Source: Eledone cirrhosa
Taxonomy: Eukaryota
Reading direction: 5' to 3'
Length of the DNA: 64,000 nucleotides
Assembly: GCA_964016885.1 (NCBI GenBank)
Contig: OZ024743.1
Location: forward strand, 201,190,001-201,254,000
Part shown: piece after piece, positions 50,405 to 64,000 of the stretch
Numbering within the stretch: position 1 is the first letter of the stretch
Layout of the letters: each line of letters opens with the position of its first letter
Position numbers and translations under genes: made by a program
The notes under the pieces: generated by a model
Database searches by the model: none
Seen by the model: only the letters and a program-made list of their open reading frames with translations
What the model was told of the DNA's origin: nothing

Positions 50405-50760
50405 GATGATGATGATGATGATGATGGTGGGGGTGGTGGTGGTGGTGATGGAGATTGTGGTTGTGGTGGTGGTGGAGGTCGTGGTGCAGAGGATGGTGGT
50501 GGTGGTGGTAGTGGTGGTGATGGAGATTGTGGTGGAAATGATGGAGGTGGTGGTGGTGATGATGATGTTGATGATGGTAGAAATGGTGGTGGTGGTGGAG
50601 AGGATTGTGAAGAGGATGGTTGGTGGAGATTGTGGTGATGGTGGTGGTGGTGGTGGTGGTGATGATGGAGATGATGGTGATGGTGGAAATGATGGTGGTG
50701 GTGTTGGTGGAGGATATGATGGTGATGGTGGAAATGATGGTGGTGGTGGTGGTGGTGTAG
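50405..50760. repeat. (GGT/GAT)n imperfect microsatellite
   Basis: Direct; opposite strand polarity to its neighbours. Confidence 0.95.
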
Positions 50761-50809
50761 ATATTACAACAAACAAACCAACAAACCATCACAACAAAGG
50801 CCAATAACT

Positions 50810-52140
50810 GCAATAAGAACAATAACAATGACAACAACAATAACAATAACAGCAATAACAACAATAACAACAATGACAATAATGACAACAATGACAACAA
50901 TAACAACAATAACAACAATGACAGCAATAACAACAACAACGATGACAATAACAACAACAACAATGACAATAATAACAATAACAACAATAACAACAATAAC
51001 AACAATAACAACAGTAACAACAATAACAACAATAACAATGACAATAACAACAAGGATATCAGTAACAACAACATTGACAACAACAACAACAACAGTAACA
51101 ACAATAACACAGTAACAACAATAATAGCAATAACAACAATAACAACAATAACAACAATAACACAGTAACAACAATAACAACAATAACAACAATAACACAG
51201 TAACAACAATAACAACAATAACAACAATAACACAGTAACAACAATAACAGCAATAACAACAATAACACAGTAACAACAATAACAGCAATAACAGCAATAA
51301 CAACAATAACAACAATAACACAGTAACAACAATAACAACAATAACAACAATAACACAGTAACAACAATAACAGCAATAACAACAATAACACAGTAACAAC
51401 AATAACAGCAATAACAGCAATAACAACAATAACAACAATAACACAGTAACAACAATAACAACAATAACAACAATAACACAGTAACAGCAATAACAGCAAT
51501 AACAACAATAACAACAATAACACAGTAAAAACAACAACAACAGTAACAACAATAACACAGTAACAACAATAATAGCAATAACAGCAATAACAACAATAAC
51601 AACAATAACACAGTAACAACAATAACAACAATAACAACAATAACACAGTAACAACAATAACAGCAATAACAACAATAACACAGTAACAACAATAACAGCA
51701 ATAACAGCAATAACAACAATAACAACAATAACACAGTAACAACAATAACAACAATAACAACAATAACACAGTAACAGCAATAACAGCAATAACAACAATA
51801 ACAACAATAACACAGTAAAAACAACAACAACAGTAACAACAATAACACAGTAACAACAATAACAGCAATAACAACAATAACACAGTAACAACAATAACAG
51901 CAATAACAGCAATAACAGCAATAAAAAACGGTAACAACAACAACAATAACAGCAATAACAACAATAACAACAATAACAGCAGTAACAGCAATAACAACAA
52001 TAACAACAATAACAACAATAACACAGTAAAAACAACAACAACAGTAACAACAATAACACAGTAACAACAATAACAGCAATAACAGCAATAAAAAACGGTA
52101 ACAACAACAACAATAACAGCAATAACAACAATAACAACTT
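50810..52140. repeat. 9-bp (aacaacaat) array punctuated by 8-bp aacacagt
   Basis: Direct. Confidence 0.95.
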
Positions 52141-52319
52141 TAACATAAAGCCTTTAGCCAAAATTAAAAAAAAAATATAAACCCTGTCATCATCTGACAA
52201 GGCCAATACCCATCTCCACATCACTGTCACCATTGGTGCCACCATTGTTATCACCAACAGCAGCACTACCCAGCAGCAGCAGCAGCAGCAGTATTTCCCC
52301 TACACAGCAGCAGCACTAT

Positions 52320-54540
52320 CCCATCAGCAGTAGTATTAGCACTATCCCATCAGCAGAAGTATTAGCACTAGCCCAGCAAAAGTATTAGCCTCATCAGCAG
52401 TAGTATTAGCACTAGCACAGCAGTAGTATTAGCCTCATCAGCAGTAGTATTAGCACTAGCACAGCAGCAGTATTAGCCCAGCAGCAGTAGTATTAGCACT
52501 AGCCCAGCAGCAGTAGTATTAGCACTAGCCCAGCAGCAGTATTAGCCCCAGCAGCAGTAGTATTAGCACTAGCTCAGCAGCAGTATTAGCCACAGCAGCA
52601 GTATTAGCCTAACAGCAGTAGTATTAGCACTAGCCCAGCAGCAGTAGTATTAGCACTAGCCCAGCAGCAGTAGTATTAGCACTAGCCCAGCAGCAGTATT
52701 AGCCTCATCAGCAGTAGTATTAGCACTAGCACAGCAGCAGTATTAGCCTAACAGCAGTAGTATTAGCACTAGCCCAGCAGCAGTATTAGCCTCATCAGCA
52801 GTAGTATTAGCACTAGACCAGCAGCAGTATTAGCCTCATCAGCAGTAGTATTAGCACTTGCACAGCAGCAGTATTAGCCTAACAGCAGTAGTATTAGCAC
52901 TAGCACAGCAGCAGTATTAGCCTAACAGCAGTAGTATTAGCACTAGCCCAGCAGCAGTATTACCCTAACAGCAGTAGTATTAGCACTAGCCCAGCAGCAG
53001 TATTAGCATAACAGCAGTAGTATTAGCACTAGCCCAGCAGCAGTATTAGCCTCAGCAGCAGTAGTATTAGCACTAGCCCAGCAGCAGTATTAGCCTCATC
53101 AGCAGTAGTATTAGCACTAGACCAGCAGCAGTATTAGCCTCATCAGCAGTAGTATTAGCACTAGCCCAGCAGCAGTATTAGCCTCAGCAGCAGTAGTATT
53201 AGCACTAGCCCAGCAGCAGTATTAGCCTCATCAGCAGTAGTATTAGCACTAGCCCAGCAGCAGTATTAGCCTCATCAGCAGTAGTATTAGCACTAGACCA
53301 GCAGCAGTATTAGCCTCATCAGCAGTAGTATTAGCACTAGCACAGCAGCAGTATTAGCCTAACAGCAGTAGTATTAGCACTAGCACAGCAGCAGTATTAG
53401 CCTAACAGCAGTAGTATTAGCACTAGCCCAGCAGCAGTATTACCCTAACAGCAGTAGTATTAGCACTAGCCCAGCAGCAGTATTAGCATAACAGCAGTAG
53501 TATTAGCACTAGCCCAGCAGCAGTATTAGCATAACAGCAGTAGTATTAGCACTAGCCCAGCAGCAGTATTAGCCTCATCAGCAGTAGTATTAGCACTAGA
53601 CCAGCAGCAGTATTAGCCTCAGCAGCAGTAGTATTAGCACTAGACCAGCAGCAGTATTAGCCTCAGCAGCAGTAGTATTAGCACTAGCCCAGCAGCAGTA
53701 TTAGCCTCATCAGCAGTAGTATTAGCACTAGCACAGCAGCAGTATTAGCCTAACAGCAGTAGTATTAGCACTAGCCCAGCAGCAGTATTAGCCTCAGCAG
53801 CAGTAGTAGTAGCACTAGCCCAGCAGCAGTATTAGCACTAGGACAGCAGCAGTAGTATTAGCACTAGCACAGCAGCAGTATTAGCCTCATCAGCAGTAGT
53901 ATTAGCACTAGCCCAGCAGCAGTATTAGCCTAACAGCAGTAGTATTAGCACTAGCACAGCAGCAGTATTAGCCTAACAGCAGTAGTATTAGCACTAGCCC
54001 AGCAGCAGTATTAGCCTCATCAGCAGTAGTATTAGCACTAGCCCAGCAGCAGTATTAGCCTAACAGCAGTAGTATTAGCACTAGCACAGCAGCAGTATTA
54101 GCCTAACAGCAGTAGTATTAGCACTAGCCCAGCAGCAGTATTAGCCTCATCAGCAGTAGTATTAGCACTAGCACAGCAGCAGTAGTATTAGCACTAGGAC
54201 AGTAGCAGTATTAGCCCCAGCAGCAATAGTATTAGCACTAGCCCAGCAGCAGTATTAGCCCCAGCAGCAGTAGTATTAGCACTAGCACAGCAGCAGTATT
54301 AGCCTAACAGCAGTAGTATTAGCACTAGCCCAGCAGCAGTATTAGCCTCAGCAGCAGTAGTATTAAAACTAGCACAGCAGCAGTATTAGCCTAACAGCAG
54401 TAGTATTAGCACTAGCCCAGCAGCAGTATTAGCCTCAGCAGCAGTAGTATTAAAACTAGCCCAGGAGCAGTATTAGCCCAGCAGCAATAGTATTAAAACT
54501 AGCCCAGGAGCAGTATTAGCCTCAGCAGCAATAGTATTAA
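52320..54540. repeat. 44-bp minisatellite (gcagtagtattagcactagcccagcagcagtattagcctcatca)
   Basis: Roughly 50 units. Confidence 0.95.
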
Positions 54541-54939
54541 CCACAGCGACAGCAGCAGCAGCAGCAAGAGTTCCAGCAGCACATCACTAGCCTAACAGCA
54601 GCAGCACTATCTCAACAGCAGCAATTGTCCCAGCAGCATCAGCAGCATCAGCTCAAAAGGAGCCACAATAGCCCACGGCAGCAGCAACACTAACCTAACA
54701 GCACTAACCTCAGCAGCAGCATTAGCCCATCAGCAGCAGCAGCACTAGCCTAACAGCACATCACTAGCCCTTCAGCAGCAGCAGCAGCACTAGCCTCATC
54801 AGCAATAACCCCACAACAGCAGCAATAGCACTACCAGCAGCAGTAGAAGCAGCACTTGCCCCACCAGCAGTTACCCCAACACCGACAGCAGCCCCAACAA
54901 ACCCACTGACACCACCGCCACTGCCACCACTGTCATAAT

Positions 54940-57900
54940 GACAACAACAACAACAACAACCACCGCTACAACAACCACCACTACAACAACCACCACTACA
55001 ACAACCACCACAACTACAACCACCACAACAACGACCACCAATACAACAACCACCACTACAACAACCACCACTACAACAACCACCACTACAACAACCACCA
55101 CTACAACAACCACCACTACAACAACCACCACAACAACAACAACCACAACAACAACAACCACCACTACAACAACTACCACTACAACAACCACCACAACAAC
55201 AACCACCACAACAACAACCACCACTACAACAACCACCACAATAACAACCACCACTACAACAACCACCACTACAACAACCACCACTACAACAACCACCACT
55301 ACAACAACAACCACCACAACAACAACCACCACTACAACAGCCACCACTACAACAACCACCACCACAACAACCACCACAACAACAACCACCACAACAACAA
55401 CCACCACTACAACAACCACCACTACAACAACCACCACAACAACAACCACCACAACAACAACCACCACAACAACAACCACCACAACAACAACTACCACAAC
55501 AACAACCACCACAACAACAACCACCACAACAACAACCACCACAACAACAACTACCACAACAACAACCACCACTACAACAACTACCACTACAACAACCATG
55601 ACTACAACAACCACCACTACAACAACCACCACTACAACAACCACCACTACAACAACCACCACTACAACAACCACCACAACAACAACCACCACTACAACAA
55701 CTACCACTACAACAACCATGACTACAACTACCACCACTACAACAACCACCACTACAACAACCACCACTACAACAACCACCACTACAACAACCACCACAAC
55801 TACAACCACCACAACAACGACCACCAATACAACAACCACCACTACAACAACCACCACTACAACAACCACCACTACAACAACCACCACTACAACAACCACC
55901 ACAACAATAACCACCACTACAACAACCACCACAACTACAACCACCACAACAACAACCACCAATACAACAACCACCACTACAACAACCACCACAACACAAC
56001 CAACACTACAATCACCACTATAACAACCACCACTTCAACAACCACCACGACAACAACCACCACAACAACAACCACCACTACAACAACCACCACTACAACA
56101 ACCACCACAACAATAACAACCACTACAACAACCATCACAACTACAACCACCACAACAACAACCACCAATACAACAACCACCTCTACAACAACCACCACAA
56201 CACAACCAACACTACAATAACCACTTCAACAACCACCACTACAACAACCACCACAACAACAACCACCACTACAACAACCACCACAACACAACCAACACTA
56301 CAATCACCACTAAAACAACCACCACTTGAACAACCACCACTACAACAACCACCACAACAACAACCACCACTACAACAACCACCACTACAACAACCACCAC
56401 TACAACAACCACCGCAACAACAACCACCACTACAACAACCACCACAACACAACCAACACTACAATCACCACTATAACAACCACCACTTCAACAACCACCA
56501 CTACAACAACCACCACAACAACAACCACCACTACAACAACCACCACAACACAACCAACACTACAATCACCACTATAACAACCACCACTTGAACAACCACC
56601 ACTACAACAACCACCACAACAACAAACACCACTACAACAACCACCACAACACAACCAACACTACAATCACCACTACAACAACCACCACAACAACAACCAC
56701 CACTACAACAACCACCACAACACAACCAACACTACAATCACCACTATAACAACCACCACTTCAACAACCACCACTACAACAACCACCACAACAACAACCA
56801 CCACTACAACAACCACCACAACACAACCAACACTACAACCACCACTACAACAACCACCAATACAACAACCACCACTACAACAACCACCAATACAACAACC
56901 ACCACTACAACAACCACCACAACACAACCAACACTACAATCACCACTATAACAACCACCACTTGAACAACCACCACTACAACAACCACCACAACAACAAC
57001 CACCACTACAACAACCACCACAACACAACCAACACTACAACCACCACTACAACAACCACCAATACAACAACCACCACTACAACAACCACCACAACACAAC
57101 CAACACTACAATCACCACTATAACAACCACCACTACAACAACCACCACTACAACAACCACCACTACAACAACCACCACAACAACAACCACCACTACAACA
57201 ACCACCACAACACAACCAACACTACAATCACCACTATAACAACCACCACTTCAACAACCACCACTACAACAACCACTACTACAACAACCACCACAACAAC
57301 AACCACCACTACAACAACCACCACAACACAACCAACACTACAATCACCACTATGACAACCACCACTTGAACAACCACCACTACAACAACCACCACAACAA
57401 CAACCACCACTACAACAACCACCACAACACAACCAATACTACAACCACCACTACAACAACCACCAATACAACAACCACCACTACAACAACCACCACAACA
57501 TAACCAACACTACAATCACCACTATAACAACCACCACTACAACAACCACCACTACAACAACCACCACTACAACAACCACCACAACAACAACCACCACTAC
57601 AACAACCACCACAACACAACCAACACTACAATCACCACTATAACAACCACGACTACAACAACCACAACTACAACAACCACCACTACAACAACCACCACAA
57701 CACAACCAACACTACAATCACCACTATAACAACCACCACTACAACAACCACCACTACAACAACCACCACTACAACAACCACCACTACAACAACCACCACA
57801 ACACAACCAACACTACAACAACCACCACTACAACAACCACCACAACAACAACCACCACTACAACAACCACCACAACACAACCAACACTACAATCACCACT

Positions 57901-60560
57901 ATAACAACCACCACTACAACAACCACCACTACAACAACCACCACTACAACAACCACCACTACAACAACCACCACAACACAACCAACACTACAACAACCAC
58001 CACTACAACAACCACCACTACAACAACCACCACTACAACAACCACCACAACACAACCAACACTACAACAACCACCACTACAACAACCACCACTACAACAA
58101 CCACCACAACAACAACCACCACTACAACAACCACCACAACACAACCAACACTACAATCACCACTATAACAACCACCACTACAACAACCACCACTACAACA
58201 ACCACCACTACAACAACCACCACAACACAACCACCACTACAACAACCACCACTACAACAACCACCACTACAACAACCACCACAACAACAACCACCACTAC
58301 AACAACCACCACAACACAACCAACACTACAATCACCACTATAACAACCACCACTACAACAACCACCACTACAACAACCACCACAACACAACCAACACTAC
58401 AATCACCACTATAACAACCACCACTACAACAACCACCACTACAACAACCACCACTACAACAACCACCACTACAACAACCACCACTACAACAACCACCACA
58501 ACACAACCAACACTACAATCACCACTATAACAACCACCACTACAACAACCACCACTACAACAACCACCACTACAACAACCACCACAACACAACCAACACT
58601 ACAATCACCACTATAACAACCACCACTACAACAACCACCACTACAACAACCACCACAACAACAACCACCACTACAACAACCACCACAACACAACCAACAC
58701 TACAACAACCACTATAACAACCACCACAACAACAACCACCACTACAACAACCACCACAACACAACCAACACTACAATCACCACTACAACAACCATCACTA
58801 CAACAACCACCACTACAACAACCACCACAACACAACCAACACTACAACAACCACCACTACAACAACCACCACTACAACAACCACCACAACAACAACCACC
58901 ACTACAACAACCACCACAACACAACCAACACTACAATCACCACTATAACAACCACCACTACAACAACCACCACTACAACAACCACCACTACAACAACCAC
59001 CACTACAACAACCACCACTACAACAACCAACACTACAACAACCACCACTACAACAACCACCACTACAACAACCACCACTACAACAACCACCACAACACAA
59101 CCAACACTACAACAACCACCACTACAACAACCACCACTACAACAACCACCACAACAACAACCACCACTACAACAACCACCACAACACAACCAACACTACA
59201 ATCACCACTATAACAACCACCACTACAACAACCACCACTACAACAACCACCACTACAACAACCACCACAACACAACCAACACTACAATCACCACTATAAC
59301 AACCACCACTACAACAACCACCACTACAACAACCACCACAACACAACCAACACTACAATCACCACTATAACAACCACCACTACAACAACCACCACTACAA
59401 CAACCACCACTACAACAACCACCACTACAACAACCACCACTACAACAACCAACACAACACAACCAACACTACAATCACCACTATAACAACCACCACTACA
59501 ACAACCACCACTACAACAACCACCACTACAACAACCACCACAACACAACCAACACTACAATCACCACTATAACAACCACCACTACAACAACCACCACTAC
59601 AACAACCACCACAACAACAACCACCACTACAACAACCACCACAACACAACCAACACTACAACAACCACTATAACAACCACCACAACAACAACCACCACTA
59701 CAACAACCACCACAACACAACCAACACTACAATCACCACTACAACAACCATCACTACAACAACCACCACTACAACAACCACCACAACACAACCAACACTA
59801 CAACAACCACCACTACAACAACCACCACTACAACAACCACCACAACAACAACCACCACTACAACAACCACCACAACACAACCAACACTACAATCACCACT
59901 ATAACAACCACCACTACAACAACCACCACTACAACAACCACCACTACAACAACCACCACTACAACAACCACCACTACAACAACCAACACTACAACAACCA
60001 CCACTACAACAACCACCACTACAACAACCACCACTACAACAACCACCACAACACAACCAACACTACAACAACCACCACTACAACAACCACCACTACAACA
60101 ACCACCACAACAACAACCACCACTACAACAACCACCACAACACAACCAACACTACAATCACCACTATAACAACCACCACTACAACAACCACCACTACAAC
60201 AACCACCACTACAACAACCACCACAACACAACCAACACTACAATCACCACTATAACAACCACCACTACAACAACCACCACTACAACAACCACCACTACAA
60301 CAACTACCACTACAACAACCACCACTACAACAACCACCACTACAACAACCACCACAACACAACCAACACTACAATCACCACTATAACAACCACCACTACA
60401 ACAACCACCACTACAACAACCACCACTTCAACAACCACCACTACAACAACCACCACTACAACAACCACCACTACAACAACCACCACTACAACAACCACCA
60501 CAACAACAACCACCACTACAACAACCACCACAACACAACCAACACTACAACAACCACTAC
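54940..60560. repeat. 15-bp array (ccactacaacaacca) with higher-order structure
   Basis: Direct; the variant block acaacacaaccaacactacaatcaccactata recurs every ~70-130 bp from 55990 onward. Confidence 0.95.
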
Positions 60561-60674
60561 TATGACAACTATGACACTGACCATTTCAACCCTACCACCC
60601 CAATTACCATTATGACACTCCCCTCTTACACAACAACACCCCATCAGCACTGCTATTATTATCTCCCTTCTCCA

Positions 60675-61330
60675 CGCCACCACCACCACCATCGGCATGG
60701 CCATTGTTACACCACCACCACCACTATCAGCATGGCCATTGTAACACCACCACCACCACCACCACCACCACCACCACCATCAACATGGCCATTGTAACAC
60801 CACCTCTACCATCACCACCACCATCGGCATGCCTATTGTAACACCACCACCACCACCACCATCAACATGGCCATTGTAACACCACCTCTACCATCACCAC
60901 CACCATCGGCATGCCTATTGTAACACCACCACCACCACCACCATCAACATGGCCATTGTAACACCACCTCTACCATCACCACCACCATCGGCATGCCTAT
61001 TGTAACACCACCTCCACCACCACCACCACCATCAGCATGGCCAAAGTTACACCACCACCACCACCACCACCACCACCGCCATCGACATGGCCATTGTAAC
61101 ACCACCTCCACCTCCACCATCGGCATGGCCATTGTTACACCACCTCCACCTCCACCACCACCATCGGCATGGCCATTGTTACACCACCTCCACCTCCACC
61201 ACCACCATCGGCATGGCCATTGTTACACCACCACCATCAACACAATCGTCATGGCAATTGTAACACCACCATCATCTCCACCCCACCACCACCAACACCA
61301 CTACCACAATTGGTATGGCCATTGTTACGC
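60675..61330. repeat. (CCA)n interspersed with atcggcatggccattgtaaca units
   Basis: Direct. Confidence 0.9.
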
Positions 61331-61419
61331 CCCACACACCTATCCCAACACCACTATTGTCATTTCCTCCACTCCCCCCCTAAACCACCACCTTCAGAAA
61401 TACTATTATTAACCATCCA

Positions 61420-61915
61420 CAAACACACACATAGAAATACACACATATACACACACATTCACACATAGAAATACACACATAGAAATACACACACATTCAC
61501 ACATAGAAATACACACATATACACACATAGAAATACACACATATACATACATAGAAACACACATATATACACACACATACATACATAGAAATACACACAT
61601 ATACACACACATACACACATATACACACACATACGCACATAGAAATACACACATATACACATACATACACATACATAGAAATACACACATATACACATAC
61701 ATACATACATAGAAATACACAAATATACACATACATACATACATAGAAATACCCCCATATACACACACATTCACACATAGAAATACACACATATACACAC
61801 ACATTCACACATAGAAATACACACATATACACACACATTCACACATAGAAATACACACATATACACACACATTCACACATAGAAATACACACATATACAC
61901 ATACATACACATAGA
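61420..61915. repeat. ~34-bp CA-derived minisatellite (acacatagaaatacacacatatacacacacattc)
   Basis: Direct. Confidence 0.9.
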
Positions 61916-61949
61916 TAAGCCCAAGCTACCACTGTCATCACAACCATTA

Positions 61950-62890
61950 ACACCACCACCACCACCACCACAACCACCACCACCACCACCACAACCACCA
62001 CCACCACCACCACAAACCACCACCACCGCGGCCACCACAAACCACCACCACCACCACCACAAACCACCACCACCGCGGCCACCACAAACCACCACCACCG
62101 CCACCACAAACCACCACCACCACGGCCACCACCACCACCACCACCACCACCACAAACCACCACCACCACGGCCACCACCACCACAAACCACCACCACCGC
62201 CACCACCACAAACCACCACCACCACCACCACCACAAACCACCACCACCAGCACCACCACCACCACCACAACCACCACCACCACCACAAACCACCACCACC
62301 ACCACCACCACTACCACCACCACCACCACAAACCACCACCACCACCACCACCACCACCACAACCACCACCACCACCACAAACCACCACCACCACCACCAC
62401 AAACCACCACCACCACCACCACCACCACAAACCACCACCACCACCGCCACCACCACTACCACCACCACCACTACCACCACCACCACCACCACCACCACCA
62501 GCACCACCGCAACCCCCCCCCCCCCCCCACCACCACCACCACAACCACCACCACCACCACCACAAACCACCACCACCACCGCCACCACCACCACCACCAG
62601 CACCACCACCACCACCACAACCACCACCACCACCACAAACCACCACCACCACCACCACCACCACCACCACAACCACCACCACCACCACCACCACAAACCA
62701 CCACCACCACCGCCACCACCACCACCACCACCACCACCACCACCACAAACCACCACCACCACCGCCACCACCACCACCACCACCACCACAACCACCACCA
62801 CCACCACCACCACCACCACAAACCACCACCACCACCGCCACCACCACTACCACCACCACCACTACCACCACCACCACTACCACCACTATC
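61950..62890. repeat. (CCA)n-derived array
   Basis: Direct. Confidence 0.95.
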
Positions 62891-63024
62891 CATCTTCCTT
62901 CCCAGGACCTTACACCCCCCTCCCCACCCCCAACCTTGTCATCATTGTCAGCTTCCATTCCTCTGGCTTTCTGCTGTAGGAATAAGCTATTGTGTTCTGG
63001 ATAAACAGTCCTCCCCCACCCCGC

Positions 63025-64000
63025 ACACACACCTAAACACACACATACATATTTACAAACACATACACACTCATAAAAAACATGCACATTTACATACATG
63101 CACGCACACACACACACACACACATTTACATACACAGACAATGAATACATATACACATTTACATACCATACACATGCACAGATATATACATATTTTCACA
63201 CACAGACATGCATATATATACACATTTACATACATACACATACATACACATGCACAGATATACACATGTTCATACACAGACATGCATACATATACATATA
63301 CACATTTACACACACATGCTCACACATATACACATTTACATACATACACATGCAGATACATATACACATTTACATACGCATGCACATACATATACACATT
63401 TACATACACATGCACATACATATACACATTTACATACATACACATACACAGATATATACACATTTTCAAAAATAGACATGCATACATACACACATTTGCA
63501 TGCACGCATATATACATTTGCTTACATACAAATGCACACATATACACATTTATATATATATATATATATACATGCACACACATACACATTTACACACAGT
63601 GACACATTCTTACCAATTACATACACACACATTCTCATACATGTACACACATCCTTATAATGCATAGACACATCCTCACACCCACGCATACATACATACA
63701 CACACACATAAAGACAAACACACATCCTCATATACGAACACACTTACATACACATAAACACACACACACCTACATGCATACAAACACATGCACAGGCACA
63801 CACATACCTACACACACACAAACACATACACCCACATGCACTTACCTACACATACATAAACACATACATCCACATGCACATACCTACACACACAAATAGT
63901 TTGACACACACAGACACACACAGATATTTAGATACAAACATTTACATACATACACATATACACATTTACATGCTTACACATTCACATATGTAGATATGCA
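63025..64000. repeat. Imperfect (CA/TA)n low-complexity tract
   Basis: Direct. Confidence 0.9.

Noticed and set aside
47571-52266. Long hydrophobic or poly-Cys ORFs (up to 725 aa)
   Set aside because: Antisense readings of (CAA)/(AAT)-derived arrays, open in several frames simply because the repeat lacks stops.
52320-54540. CRISPR-like regular array
   Set aside because: No unique spacers and no cas genes; eukaryotic minisatellite.
54764-60362. Cys/Gly-rich (GGCCS)n ORFs resembling keratin-associated or metallothionein-like proteins; poly-Thr mucin-like ORF on +
   Set aside because: These are translations of a 15-bp satellite. The frame is broken every ~70-130 bp by non-triplet units, and there is no credible start or splice context.
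47660-64000. Telomeric repeat array
   Set aside because: No (TTAGGG)n/(CCCTAA)n tract seen.

Overview
Eukaryotic, extremely repeat-rich DNA, probably intronic or intergenic. The repeat repertoire suggests a coleoid cephalopod such as an octopus (inference). No host gene, rRNA, tRNA gene or CRISPR array can be supported. Bases 1-47.6 kb are a mosaic of retroelements sitting in microsatellites. These are RTE-clade LINEs with (GAT)n tails, L1/Tx1-clade LINEs, Penelope-like element (PLE) pieces, tRNA-derived SINEs and small DNA-transposon MITEs. The Tx1 copies comprise four stacked in one (TATC)n tract with visible target-site duplications, one end-to-end copy with ORF1, and one sister-family copy in (AAT)n. 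Bases 47.6-64 kb are a TE-free stack of microsatellite-derived tandem arrays. The most striking signal is a recurrent architecture seen about 9 times: (TA)n - short tail - arm - inverted arm - (TA)n. Most of these carry minimal type I hammerhead ribozyme motifs (CUGANGA...GAAA with a palindromic stem III). Sizes run from ~180-bp hairpins to a 4.4-kb Penelope palindrome, and the inversion junctions cluster at ribozyme stem II. Most ORF-track entries are translations of simple repeats or TE antisense strands.
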